Positions 1 through 8,941 of a stretch of 64,000 bases of DNA are shown here, piece by piece. The translations under genes were made by a program, and so were the position numbers. Positions within the stretch are counted from its first letter, which is position 1; each line of letters opens with the position of its first letter. Source of the DNA: Solirubrobacteraceae bacterium (GTDB lineage Bacteria; Actinomycetota; Thermoleophilia; Solirubrobacterales; Solirubrobacteraceae); NCBI GenBank assembly GCA_035555155.1, contig DATMGZ010000019.1:3130-67129 (forward strand), read 5' to 3'. The notes beneath the pieces are model-generated. The model worked only from the letters and a program-made list of their open reading frames with translations. It was not told the origin of the DNA and ran no database searches.

Positions 1-206
1 TCGATCGTGCGCAAGTAATTGCGCGCTCGACAACATGTGAGGTTTCTCATGTCGGCGCGTGAACGCGAGCGTACGCGGTGCCGAGCGGTCCGGCCCCTGC
101 CGCCCTGCCGGCGATCGGGGCGCCGTCGGCGTCGTTCACGCTCGTGAACACAAGATGACCGAGCCGTTCGGTGTCGCGAACGGGCCTGCGGCGAGAGACT
201 GCGCCG

Positions 207-641
207 ATGCGCTTCCGCCTCCACATGCCACTGCTGCCGAACGCCACGATCGCGATCGCGATCGCCGGCGTGCCCCCGCCGTGGCCGGTGCGGCCACGCG
301 CCATCGCGACGAGCTGATCCCGCTCTATGACAACGCGTTCAACTTTCGGCCAGACCCCGGCGTCGGGGTGGATGCTCTCCGCCGGCCGGACTCGCACCGC
401 GGACCTCGTGGTCACCTTCGAGGGCTCCTACGACACGCCCGGCTCCAACCCCTACAGAGCTTGGACACAGGCGAGCTGGGAGTGGGCCTACCCGGCCGGC
501 GACTTCGCCGCGCTCGTGTACTAGGCGCCCGACGCGTCGGTCTGCACCTCGCTCGCGCCGCAGCGGCTGGGCTACGTGTACCTCGGCATATGGTACGACA
601 CGCTGCCGACGTTCTGGAGCTCGTTCCTCGGCGCCTGCTGA
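207..641 (+). pseudogene. Degraded spherulation-specific family 4 (GH135-like) secreted protein
   Basis: Joining three frames gives a signal-like MRFRLHMPLLPNATIAIAIAGVP/AVAGA, then ELIPLYDNA, FN/FGQTPASGWML...ADLVVTFEGSYD...W...P..FAALVY*APD...GYVYLGIWYDTLPTFWSSFLGAC*. Lesions: frameshifts at the C-run 273-277 and T-run 344-346, in-frame TAG at 522-524, probable internal deletion. Family recognised from memory of spherulin-4 motifs. Confidence 0.5.
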
Positions 642-668
642 GCAGCGAGCTCCAGACCGGATCCGGAC

Positions 669-2522
669 TCACCCTTCGTACAGGCCGGCGAACGCCTCGG
701 CGAACTCGTCATAGATCTTGGCGCGCTTGATCTTCAGCGTCGGCGTCAGCTCCCCGTCGGCCTGGGTCAGCTCACGATCGAGAATCGCGAAGCGCTTGAC
801 CTGCTCGATGCGGGCGTAGCGGACGTTGATCTCGTCGAGCACCCGCTGGATCTCGGCCCGGATGCGAGCATCGTGGGCCATCGCGGCCGGGTCGGCCGGC
901 ACGCCGAGCTGCTCGGCGAGCTTGGGCGCCTCCTCGGGGTCGAGTGTGAGCAGCGCCACCAGGTAGGGACGCCGATCTCCGAACAGGACCGCCTCCGAGA
1001 TCCAGCGGCACTGCTTGAGCGCGTTCTCCATGTTGGATGGCGCCACGTTCTTGCCGCTCGAGGTGATGATCAGGTCCTTCTTGCGGCCCGTGATCGTCAC
1101 GAAGCCGTCCGCGTCGATCGTGCCGAGGTCGCCCGTCGTCAGCCAGCCGTCGGTGAGCGCGTCGGCGGTCGCGGCCGGGTCCTTGAAGTAGCCGGTGAAG
1201 ATGTTCCCGCCGCGGGCCAGCAGCTCGCCGTCGTCGGCGACGCGCATCTCGAGTCCCCCGACCGGCTTGCCGACCGTGCCGAGCTTCATCTCGACCTCGG
1301 TATTGATCGTGCCCGCCGCGCAGGTCTCCGTCATGCCCCAGGCCTCCACGAGCACGATCCCGCAGGAGTCGAAGAACTCGATTACCTCCTCGGCGATCGG
1401 CGCCGCGGCGGTGACCGCGAGCACGAGCCGGCCGCCGAACAGGTTCCTGACCTTCGAGAGCACTAGCTTGTCGGCGAGGCTGTGCTCGATCCTCAGGGCG
1501 CGGCCGGGGGCGCGCCCGCTGCGCTCGTGCGCGCGCACGCGTCGTCCGACGCCGATCGACCACTTGAAGATGGCGCGCTTGGGCATGGGCTGATCGGCCA
1601 CCCCGCTCGTCGCGGCCGAATAAACCTTCTCCCACACACGCGGGACGGACGCGAAGTAGGTCGGACGCGCCTCCTTGAAGTCCTCGAGCAGCCGCTTCTG
1701 GTCACGCTGCCAGTACACGAGCGTGCCGCCGATGTCGAGCGTGAACACCTCGACGATGCGCGCGAACACGTGGGCCAGCGGCAGGAACATGAAGAAGCGC
1801 ACCGGGGCGTCGGCCCGGGCCAGGTCGAGGCGCTCCTCGAGCGTATGGATCGCCACCATGAAGTTGCTGTGGGTCAGCATGCACGCCTTCGGCGGCCCGG
1901 TGGTCCCCGACGTGTACACCAGCGTCGCGAGGTCCTCGGGTGAGACGCTCGCCACGCGCTCGTCGACCGCGTCCTCGGGGATCTCCCTGCCTCGGGCGAT
2001 GAGCTGATCGAGCGTGAGCACCGACTCGCTGCCGGGACCCTCGAGCACGATCACCTCGCTCAGCCGCGGGCAGTCGGCCTGAATCTGCTCGATCTTCGCG
2101 ACCTGCTCGGCGTTCTCGCAGAACACCGCTCGGGCCTCGGAGTGCTCGAGCACGTACGCGCACTCCTCGGGTGAGTTGGTGTGGTAGATCGGTGCGACGA
2201 CGGCGCCGGCGCAGAATGCTCCGGCGTCGGCCACCGTCCACTCCGGGCGAGTGTCCGAGAGGATCGAGATGCGCTCTCCCGCCTCCACGCCGATCGCGAT
2301 CAGCCCTCGGGCGATGTCGCGGGCCGAGCGCAGCAGGTCGGGGTAGGAGATGTCCCGCCAGGCGCCGCCGTCCTTGTAGTTGAGCGCGACGCCGGCGCGC
2401 CCCTCGCTGCGCAACAGCATCTCGCCGAGCGTGCGCGCTCCGGTCGAGAGATCGAGTGCCGTGTGCTCGCTCGGTGTCGACGGCACCGGCGGTGGTGGTG
2501 TGCTGAGGGTGGCGCGGGTCAT
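669..2522 (-). CDS. fadD: Long-chain fatty acid--CoA ligase (AMP-dependent synthetase, FadD15-like)
   Basis: YTSGTTGPPK AMP-binding motif, EAWGMTE, TTGDLG, GRKKDLIITSSGKNVAP. ATG 2522 has a GAGGTGAGG SD; the track ORF 669..3671 is over-extended upstream. Confidence 0.9.
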   Translation of the reverse strand: MTRATLSTPPPPVPSTPSEHTALDLSTGARTLGEMLLRSEGRAGVALNYKDGGAWRDISYPDLLRSARDIARGLIAIGVEAGERISILSDTRPEWTVADAGAFCAGAVVAPIYHTNSPEECAYVLEHSEARAVFCENAEQVAKIEQIQADCPRLSEVIVLEGPGSESVLTLDQLIARGREIPEDAVDERVASVSPEDLATLVYTSGTTGPPKACMLTHSNFMVAIHTLEERLDLARADAPVRFFMFLPLAHVFARIVEVFTLDIGGTLVYWQRDQKRLLEDFKEARPTYFASVPRVWEKVYSAATSGVADQPMPKRAIFKWSIGVGRRVRAHERSGRAPGRALRIEHSLADKLVLSKVRNLFGGRLVLAVTAAAPIAEEVIEFFDSCGIVLVEAWGMTETCAAGTINTEVEMKLGTVGKPVGGLEMRVADDGELLARGGNIFTGYFKDPAATADALTDGWLTTGDLGTIDADGFVTITGRKKDLIITSSGKNVAPSNMENALKQCRWISEAVLFGDRRPYLVALLTLDPEEAPKLAEQLGVPADPAAMAHDARIRAEIQRVLDEINVRYARIEQVKRFAILDRELTQADGELTPTLKIKRAKIYDEFAEAFAGLYEG

Positions 2523-2735
2523 GACCTCACCTCGGGGACTTTGGGCAAGCGCCTCGCGCGTTTCACCTTCCGGCCTGCGCACGAGTCGCGCCCTGAGAGA
2601 CAGCCGTTGGTACCGACCGTACGCGCGCCGGGCTTGGACCGCATCGGCGCAAATCACGACCTGGGTCATGGGGCGGACTACTGACCCGCCCGGCGACTCC
2701 CCGGCTCGATAAACGCGGGCGGGAGGAGTATCGTC

Positions 2736-3155
2736 GTGGCCCGGCCCAGGCCGGATCGCCCGCCGGGCTCTTACCCTCTTGCTCTCGCGCGACACCCGCA
2801 AAGAGGGTCCGGAGACAACCTGAACATGCGAAGAGACCGCGGACGCGACGACGCTCGATCTGGAAGGCCCGCCCGGGGCGAGGTGCGCGCGATCGTCGAG
2901 CGGTTGCGTGAGCTGAAGTCCTCGCGCCCGCCGGCACCGATCCGCGAGCCGTCGGAGGATCTCGACAGCGAGGCCCGGATCGCCGCCCTGGAGCAGCGCA
3001 TCCAGCATCTCGAGCACGCGCTCGAGGGTCTTCAGGATGCGGTGGACCGCCAGAACGTGCTGCAGGACGACCGGATCGCGGAGCTCCGCCGGCGCACCGA
3101 GCCCGTGGAGATGGCACGGGCGCTGAGCGAGGACGCCAGAAAGCGGGGGTTCTAG
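2736..3155 (+). CDS. Hypothetical coiled-coil protein (alternative start 2826)
   Basis: GGAGGAG SD before GTG 2736; heptad-like RIAALEQRIQHLEHALEGLQDAVDRQ; stop abuts the next ATG. Confidence 0.6.
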   Translation: MARPRPDRPPGSYPLALARHPQRGSGDNLNMRRDRGRDDARSGRPARGEVRAIVERLRELKSSRPPAPIREPSEDLDSEARIAALEQRIQHLEHALEGLQDAVDRQNVLQDDRIAELRRRTEPVEMARALSEDARKRGF

Positions 3156-3371
3156 ATGGTCGGCACGAGGGAGATCGAAGCCCTGCGGGCCGACGCGCGC
3201 TACCACAGCGAGCGCTATGCGATCTATCGGGCCAAGGCCTACGGCCAGCGGCCGACCAGCGCGGCGCGATTGGAGGCGCTGGAGCGCGCCGCCGCGGCTG
3301 CCCAGGAGCGCCTGGCGCACGCCGAGCGCGAGGCCGCGGCCGAGAAGGAGCGAGATGGCCTCGCAGGCTGA
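3156..3371 (+). CDS. Small hypothetical helical protein (71 aa)
   Basis: ATG immediately follows the upstream TAG; GC3-biased codons; ARYHSERYAIYRAKAYGQRPTSAARLEALE. Confidence 0.65.
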   Translation: MVGTREIEALRADARYHSERYAIYRAKAYGQRPTSAARLEALERAAAAAQERLAHAEREAAAEKERDGLAG

Positions 3372-3519
3372 TCGCGCTGCCGAGAAGCGCAAGGAGAAGC
3401 TGGAGGAGATCCAGCGCCAGATGGAGGATGGATCGCTGACGGTGCGCAAGATGACCGAGGAAGAGCGCAAGCGTTTTCCTCCGCGACCGCCACGGCCACC
3501 CAAGTCCCCGCGCAAGTAG
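3355..3519 (+). CDS. Small basic hypothetical protein (54 aa)
   Basis: MASQADRAAEKRKEKLEEIQRQMEDGSLTVRKMTEEERKRFPPRPP; ATG 3355 has an upstream GGAG and overlaps the previous gene. Confidence 0.65.
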   Translation: MASQADRAAEKRKEKLEEIQRQMEDGSLTVRKMTEEERKRFPPRPPRPPKSPRK

Positions 3520-3563
3520 CGTCGCCGCTTCGCGCGGGATCGATGGCCGACGGCGCATTCCTG

Positions 3564-3673
3564 TACCGTTGAGCCCGGTTCGAGCAAACGGCTCGGGCTG
3601 ACACAGTGCCAGCGCCCGCAGTCGTTGCTTAGCTTCTTCCGCGTTCGCAGCACCAGAGCACGGAGGACCAACC
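3564..3673 (+). promoter_or_regulatory. Putative -10 box and long structured cspA 5' UTR
   Basis: TACCGT at 3564-3569, an AGCCCG...CGGGCT hairpin, and a leader of about 100 nt ending in a GGAGG SD. Long 5' UTRs are typical of cspA. Confidence 0.4.
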
Positions 3674-3877
3674 ATGGCCACCGGAACCGTCAAGTGGTTC
3701 AACGCCGACAAGGGGTTCGGTTTCATCACCCCCGACGACGGCACGAAGGATCTCTTCGTCCATCATTCGGCCATCAACTCGAGCGGCTATCGGGAGCTTC
3801 CCGAAGGAGCCAAGGTCTCCTACGACGCCGAGGCCGGGGACAAGGGTCCCAAGGCCACGAACGTCACGAAGATCTAG
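3674..3877 (+). CDS. cspA: Cold-shock protein (CSD)
   Basis: [18 protein letters not shown] (RNP1), DLFVHHSAI (RNP2), 67 aa. Confidence 0.97.
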   Translation: MATGTVKWFNADKGFGFITPDDGTKDLFVHHSAINSSGYRELPEGAKVSYDAEAGDKGPKATNVTKI

Positions 3878-4021
3878 TCCTGAGGGCGCGCGCGGCGTTT
3901 TGGTCGCGCGCGTCCCCTCGATTCCCAGGACCTGGGCGCGCACGCGCTGGGTTCTGGCGCATAAGGTCCACCGCCCGTAGCCCGTTGACCGGCGTACGCA
4001 CCGGGCTGCTCGCCCGCTGCC

Positions 4022-4975
4022 CTAGCTTCGCGCCGGGCCGGTCACGTACAGCGTCAGCGCCGCGGCGATCACGTGGGCCAGGCGCTCGCGCCAGGCGGGG
4101 TCGGTCTGCAGGCCGGCGTCGTGCGGATTGCGCATGTTCCCGCTCTCCAGGAACACCTTGGGCACCGCCGAGAGGTTGAGACCGCCGAGATCGCCCCGCA
4201 CGTCGATTCCGTCGTGGCCGAGATAGGTCGACGGCACCAGCCCCGAGCCGGTGGCCATTTCGTCGCGGACGATCCCGCCGAGCCGCGCGGACGCCGCGAT
4301 GATCGCATCGTTGTAGCCGGCCACGAGGGCCGGCTCGATCACGTGAAAGCCCTGTCCCGACGCCGGGGCGCCGTCGGCGTGAATCGAGATCGCCGCATCC
4401 GCGTGGGCGCGGTTGCCGATCGCCGCCCGCTCGCTCACGCACGGCCCGATCCCGTCGTTGCTGCTCCGCGTCAGCACCACGCGCGCGCCCTCGCGCCGCA
4501 GGATCGCGGCCACCCGTAGCGCGACGTCGAAGTTGAACTCGGCCTCGCTGTAGCCCGCGTCGGTCGCGGTGCCGGTCGTGTCGCACGCCTTCATGAAGCC
4601 GCCGGCCGGCACCATGTGGTTGATCGCGTCCGGCGCGGCCGCGTTGCCGCCGTTGTGGCCGGGATCGATCACCACCACCTTCCCGCGCAGCGGCCCGGCC
4701 GGGCGCGCGACGTGCGCGATCCGTCGAGGTGCCGTGCGATGTGACGTCGTGGTCGTCGTCGTCGTCGTGGCGGTGGTGCTCGCCGCGGTCGTCACCGCCG
4801 GCGCCGGAGCTGAGACGGCCGGTGCGGGCGTGCTCGATGCCGAGGACGCGTGCCCCGAGCCGCAGCCGCCGGCCGCCAGCGCCAGCCCGAGCGCGGCGCC
4901 GAGCGTGAGCCGGCGGGAGCTAGCGGTCCGCCGGCGCGGGATCACGAAGCCCGAGCGGGGCTCTGAGGATCGCAT
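4022..4975 (-). CDS. N-acetylmuramoyl-L-alanine amidase (Amidase_3, Rv3717-like), probable lipoprotein
   Basis: Zn ligands in IDPGHNG, EAEFN, ISIHAD; catalytic FLESGNM; Cys pair KACDTTG/GPCVSER; lipobox-like LALAAGGC followed by a Ser/Thr/Ala linker. Confidence 0.88.
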   Translation of the reverse strand: MRSSEPRSGFVIPRRRTASSRRLTLGAALGLALAAGGCGSGHASSASSTPAPAVSAPAPAVTTAASTTATTTTTTTTSHRTAPRRIAHVARPAGPLRGKVVVIDPGHNGGNAAAPDAINHMVPAGGFMKACDTTGTATDAGYSEAEFNFDVALRVAAILRREGARVVLTRSSNDGIGPCVSERAAIGNRAHADAAISIHADGAPASGQGFHVIEPALVAGYNDAIIAASARLGGIVRDEMATGSGLVPSTYLGHDGIDVRGDLGGLNLSAVPKVFLESGNMRNPHDAGLQTDPAWRERLAHVIAAALTLYVTGPARS

Positions 4976-5320
4976 CCGGAACCCCCAGCGCGTCGATGAG
5001 TGGGCCTGCCTGCCGGCGCACTGCGTTGCAGAGCCGGTTGCCCTCGCGCGTGACCGCCTTCGTGTGCACCGAGGCGAGTCCCTTCGTGCGCACCGAGGCG
5101 AGTCCGTTCGTGCGCACCGAGGCGAGTCGCCCGTGCTCCTGCCGGAAGCCCTTGTCGGCTTCGATGTTCTGCAGCGCGAACAGGTCGCAGAGCAGATTCA
5201 GGGCGCAGGCCACGTCATCATCGTCGCACGCGTCGGAACAGACCCAGCAAGGTCGGCTCGCGGAATGCGCATGCGCTCGAACCAGATCCGGCCGTTGTCG
5301 ACACCATTGAGTCCGGCGCT
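4920..5320 (-). pseudogene. Acyl-CoA oxidase remnant (internal deletion, frameshift, tandem triplication)
   Basis: The minus strand encodes the hallmark [19 protein letters not shown] (5291-5314 core). In another frame it encodes the C-terminal [23 protein letters not shown]...[11 protein letters not shown]...[15 protein letters not shown]. No start codon or N-terminal domain is present. Confidence 0.75.
5058..5129. repeat. Tandem repeat 3 x 24 bp (CTTCGTG[T/C]GCACCGAGGCGAGTCC)
   Basis: Units at 5058-5081, 5082-5105 and 5106-5129; on the minus strand they read [24 protein letters not shown]. Confidence 0.95.
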
Positions 5321-5399
5321 GGCGCCCGTTCCGCGCGCCTACCAACCGCAGGTGAGAAGATCGACACGTGCGGTCGGCCGCGGCAGCTGTGGGAGAGAT

Positions 5400-7433
5400 G
5401 TGAGCGTCGCCGGCGCAACCGCGCCGACCGCCGGCCGACGCCACGGGGTGGCGATCGTCTTCACGGGCCTGATGCTCGTGATGCTGATGGCGGCGCTCGA
5501 CTCCACGATCGTCTCCACCGCCCTGCCGACGATCGTCGGCGACCTCGGCGGCCTCAACCACATCTCCTGGGTGGTGACCGCCTACCTGCTGGCCCAGACC
5601 GCGGTCACGCCGATCTACGGCAAGCTCGGCGATCAGTACGGGCGCAAGGTCGTGCTCCAGGTCGGCCTGATCGTGTTTCTGATCGGCTCGGCGCTGTGCG
5701 GGGCATCGCAGAACCTCACCGAGCTGATCGTGTTCCGAGCCGTCCAGGGACTCGGCGGCGGCGGGCTGATGGTGAGCACGATGGCCGCGATCGGCGACGT
5801 CGTCTCGCCCCGGGACCGCGGCAAGTACCAGGGGCTGTTCGGCGCCGTGTTCGGGCTGGCCAGCGTGATCGGCCCACTGCTCGGCGGCTTCTTCACCACG
5901 AACCTGTCGTGGCGCTGGATCTTCTACGTCAACCTCCCGATCGGGGCGGTGGCCTTCGTCGTCCTCGCCGCGACGCTGCCCGCTCCGCCCGAGCGCGTGC
6001 CCCACAAGGTCGACTACCTCGGGGCGAGCCTGCTCGCCACCGCGCTCATCGCGATCGTGCTCGCCTGCACCCTCGGCGGCACCACCTACGCCTGGGGCTC
6101 GCCGTTCATCATCGCCCTCGGCACGGCCGCGCTGGTGCTGATCGTGCTGTTCGTGATCGCCGAGCGCCGGGCCGAAGAGCCCGTGCTGCCGCCGCGCCTG
6201 TTCCGCAACCGGGTCTTCTCGGTGACCAGCGGGATCGGGTTCGTGGTCGGGTTCGCGCTGTTCGGATCGGTCACGTACCTGCCGCTGTTCCTGCAGGTCG
6301 TCAACGGCGCCAGCCCGACCAGCTCCGGACTCCAGATCCTGCCACTGATGGCCGGCCTGCTCGTGACCTCGATCGCCTCGGGGCAGCTGATCACCCGCAC
6401 CGGCCACTACCGGCCGTTTCCGATCGCCGGCACAGCCGTGATGGTCGTCGGCCTGTGGCTGCTTTCGGGCATGAGCGCGACCACCTCGCGGGCCGGCGCC
6501 TCGGCCTACATGTTCGTGCTCGGCCTGGGCCTCGGGATGGTGATGCAGGTGCTCGTGCTGGCCGTGCAGAACGCGGTCGAATACAAGGACCTCGGCGTCG
6601 CCACCTCAGGCGCGACGCTGTTCCGCTCGATCGGTGGTTCGGTGGGCACCGCGATCCTCGGCTCGATCTTCTCCAACCGGCTCAGCTCCGAGCTGACGGC
6701 GTCGCTGCCCCACAGCGGCGCCGGCGCGGCGGCGGCCGCGTCCAGCGGCCTCGCCCACGCCAACCCCGCGTCGCTCTCGAAGCTGCCACCGGTGCTCCAC
6801 ACCGCCTATATCCACGCGTTCACCAACGCGCTCGACACCGTCTTCCAGGTCGCCGCGTTCGTGGCCGCGGCCGCGTTCCTGCTCAGCCTGATCCTGCCCG
6901 AGCGCCCGTTGCGCGAGAGCGTCGCCGCCGGCAGCGGGATCGGCGAGAGCTTCGCCGTGCCCAAGGACACCGACTCCTTGGCCGAGCTCTCGCGCTCGCT
7001 GGGCGTGCTGGTTGGCCGGGAGGGCCGGCGGCGTCTGGTCGAGGGGATCGCCGAGCGGGCCGGGGTCGACCTCTCGCCCGCGGCGTGCTGGCTGCTCGCG
7101 CGGCTGCACGAGGATCCCGGTGCGCATATCGCCGCGTTGTGCTCGTCCTTCGCGATCTCGGCCGACGTCGGCGAGGAGGCGCTGGTGGAGCTCGTGCAGC
7201 GGGGCATGGTGATCGAGTCGCCGCCGGCCGAACCCGACGCGCCCCCGTCCCGTGTGCTGACGCCGGACGGGCTCCAGACGGTCGAGAAGCTGATCGCCGA
7301 ACGCCGGGCGAGCCTGGCCCGGCTGCTCGACGGCTGGTCGCCCGATCAGCACGCCGACCTCGCCAACCTGCTCAGCCGGCTCGCGCACGAGCTGGCCCGT
7401 GAGCCGTCGCAGGAGCTGGCGGTCAGGGTCTGA
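5400..7433 (+). CDS. DHA2 (EmrB/QacA) MFS efflux transporter fused to a C-terminal MarR-like winged-helix domain
   Basis: [44 protein letters not shown]; about 14 hydrophobic segments; tail [16 protein letters not shown]...LVQRGMV...LTPDG...[12 protein letters not shown] start at 5400. Confidence 0.88.
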   Translation: MSVAGATAPTAGRRHGVAIVFTGLMLVMLMAALDSTIVSTALPTIVGDLGGLNHISWVVTAYLLAQTAVTPIYGKLGDQYGRKVVLQVGLIVFLIGSALCGASQNLTELIVFRAVQGLGGGGLMVSTMAAIGDVVSPRDRGKYQGLFGAVFGLASVIGPLLGGFFTTNLSWRWIFYVNLPIGAVAFVVLAATLPAPPERVPHKVDYLGASLLATALIAIVLACTLGGTTYAWGSPFIIALGTAALVLIVLFVIAERRAEEPVLPPRLFRNRVFSVTSGIGFVVGFALFGSVTYLPLFLQVVNGASPTSSGLQILPLMAGLLVTSIASGQLITRTGHYRPFPIAGTAVMVVGLWLLSGMSATTSRAGASAYMFVLGLGLGMVMQVLVLAVQNAVEYKDLGVATSGATLFRSIGGSVGTAILGSIFSNRLSSELTASLPHSGAGAAAAASSGLAHANPASLSKLPPVLHTAYIHAFTNALDTVFQVAAFVAAAAFLLSLILPERPLRESVAAGSGIGESFAVPKDTDSLAELSRSLGVLVGREGRRRLVEGIAERAGVDLSPAACWLLARLHEDPGAHIAALCSSFAISADVGEEALVELVQRGMVIESPPAEPDAPPSRVLTPDGLQTVEKLIAERRASLARLLDGWSPDQHADLANLLSRLAHELAREPSQELAVRV

Positions 7434-7436
7434 GCA

Positions 7437-8156
7437 CTACCTGATGTGCAGCAGGTGCCGGAACGGGCCGACCAGCCGGCCGAGCCGGTGCCGGGTGTGC
7501 GTGAGCCCGGTGATGCCGAGCACGGTCACGAACAGGCCGGCGACCAGGGCCAGGATCGAGAGGACGGCGGGCCAGTGCGCCTGCAGCAGGTTGCGGCCCC
7601 AGCCGAGCAGCTGATCGGCCCGGGAGCCGGCGAACGTCAGCGTCAGCAGGATCCCGATCAGCGGCAGTATGAAGCAGACGTTGAACAGGACCAGAAGGAT
7701 CAGCGCCCGCGCCGGCCCGAGACCGGCCCCGACGATCGCCGCGATCACCGCGAAGTACGGGAATGCCGTCGGGAGCTCGACGACGGTGATCGTGGCGCCG
7801 AGCACGGCGCTCGACTTGCCCTCCGCCTTGGCCGCGGGCAACTCGCGGCTCGACAGGCGATCCCGATGCCACCACAACACCGCGGCGCCGATGAGCATCG
7901 CCACTCCCGCCACGATCTCGAAGATGTAGCGAACGGTGTGACCGGGGTGGGGAAGCGCCGCCAGCAGCAGCTGCCCCGGCCCCAGCGCGACCACCGCGCC
8001 ACCGGCCAGAGACACGAGGAAGACGGCCAGGGTGAACTCGAAGACGTGCGAGCGGGGGTGATCGCCGCTGGCCAGATACAGCGCCGGCGCGATCGTCGAC
8101 GGGTTGAGCGAGTCCGCGAGACCGATGGAGACGACAAGGCCGACGAGGCGGAGCAT
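7437..8156 (-). CDS. GAP/Sap family (SfLAP-like) integral membrane protein
   Basis: GLADSLNPSTI N-terminal motif, ELPTAFPYFAVIAAI, about 6 TM segments. Confidence 0.75.
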   Translation of the reverse strand: MLRLVGLVVSIGLADSLNPSTIAPALYLASGDHPRSHVFEFTLAVFLVSLAGGAVVALGPGQLLLAALPHPGHTVRYIFEIVAGVAMLIGAAVLWWHRDRLSSRELPAAKAEGKSSAVLGATITVVELPTAFPYFAVIAAIVGAGLGPARALILLVLFNVCFILPLIGILLTLTFAGSRADQLLGWGRNLLQAHWPAVLSILALVAGLFVTVLGITGLTHTRHRLGRLVGPFRHLLHIR

Positions 8157-8220
8157 GCGCGGATTCTTTCCGTTTGGGGCAGATGCGAGACGAGCCTGGT
8201 CGCGCCCGCACCCTCGCCGG

Positions 8221-8745
8221 TCAGGCGAAGTGAAGCTCCTCGGCCTCTTGGTCGGCGGCCGGACGCTCGCAGGTCGGGCACCACCACCGCGCCTCGAGCG
8301 CGGTTCCGCACACCGCGTGGCGCGGCGCGCTCGCTCCCTCGGCGTTGCGCGCGCCCCAGCCCGCCAGCAGCCGCAGGGCGCCGGCCAGCTCGCGCCCGGC
8401 GGCGCTCAGCTCGTAGACGAACCGGGGCGGCCGTTCGGAGTACGGGCGTGCGACCACGAGCGCGTGACGCTCGAGATGCCGCAGGCGCTGGGTGAGGACG
8501 TTGGGGGCGATCCCGCGCACGTCGTGCTGCAACTCGCCGAACCGCCGCGGGCCATCGAGCAGCGCCGCGACGATCTGCAGCGTCCAGCGGTCGCCGACCG
8601 CCGCGAGCGCGTCGGCGAGCGCGGACCGGGCGGGGTCCTCGCCGGCGGAGCTCGGGGCGTCGGTGGCCGGGGCGTCGGTGGCCGGGGCGTCGATGGCCGG
8701 GGCATCGGTGGCCGGGGCGGCTGGGGTGGGCGTGGGATCGGCCAT
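8221..8745 (-). CDS. HxlR/DUF24 family winged-helix transcriptional regulator
   Basis: GDRWTLQIV..LLDGPRRFGELQ...IAPNVLTQRLRHLE...RFVYELS..GREL; C-terminal HAVCG...WWCPTC metal-binding-like tail. Confidence 0.88.
   Translation of the reverse strand: MADPTPTPAAPATDAPAIDAPATDAPATDAPSSAGEDPARSALADALAAVGDRWTLQIVAALLDGPRRFGELQHDVRGIAPNVLTQRLRHLERHALVVARPYSERPPRFVYELSAAGRELAGALRLLAGWGARNAEGASAPRHAVCGTALEARWWCPTCERPAADQEAEELHFA
8654..8713. repeat. Tandem repeat 4 x 15 bp (GGGGCGTCGGTGGCC) encoding (ATDAP)n in the HxlR N-terminus
   Basis: Units at 8654, 8669, 8684 and 8699, each with at most 1 mismatch. Confidence 0.95.
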
Positions 8746-8782
8746 CTGTGTCGTCAATGCTACGGCGCGCGCGAAGTGCTGC

Positions 8783-8811
8783 ATCTGAGTTCCGGGGGCC
8801 GGAACTCAGAT
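8783..8811. promoter_or_regulatory. Perfect 13-bp inverted repeat in the divergent promoter region
   Basis: ATCTGAGTTCCGG-GGG-CCGGAACTCAGAT. Confidence 0.55.
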
Positions 8812-8846
8812 TCAACGCTTCACCCCACGCCCCCTCATCGGTCTGG

Positions 8847-8872
8847 TAAATTCTCACTTGCAATTTGCAAGT
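8847..8872 (+). promoter_or_regulatory. Extended -10 box (TGgTAAATT) followed by the palindromic operator ACTTGCAA-T-TTGCAAGT
   Basis: TAAATT at 8847-8852; perfect 8-1-8 palindrome at 8856-8872 covering the predicted start site of the protease genes. Confidence 0.6.
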
Positions 8873-8941
8873 AACTGCCGTGAGGGCCCAGCGGCGCTCC
8901 GCGCAGACTCACGACACCGCAGACACGAGGATGGATCGGCT

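Noticed and set aside
2523-3671. N-terminal 383 codons of the 1000-aa ORF 669..3671
   Set aside because: Antisense shadow of three small + strand genes. FadD homology and the SD begin at 2522, so this is not a fusion.
5058-5129. 24-bp repeats as a mini CRISPR array
   Set aside because: The repeats are contiguous with no spacers and no cas genes; this is a simple tandem duplication.
4569-5399. N-terminal extension of the 954-aa MFS ORF
   Set aside because: Overlaps the amidase and the acyl-CoA oxidase relic on the other strand; transporter sequence starts at GTG 5400.
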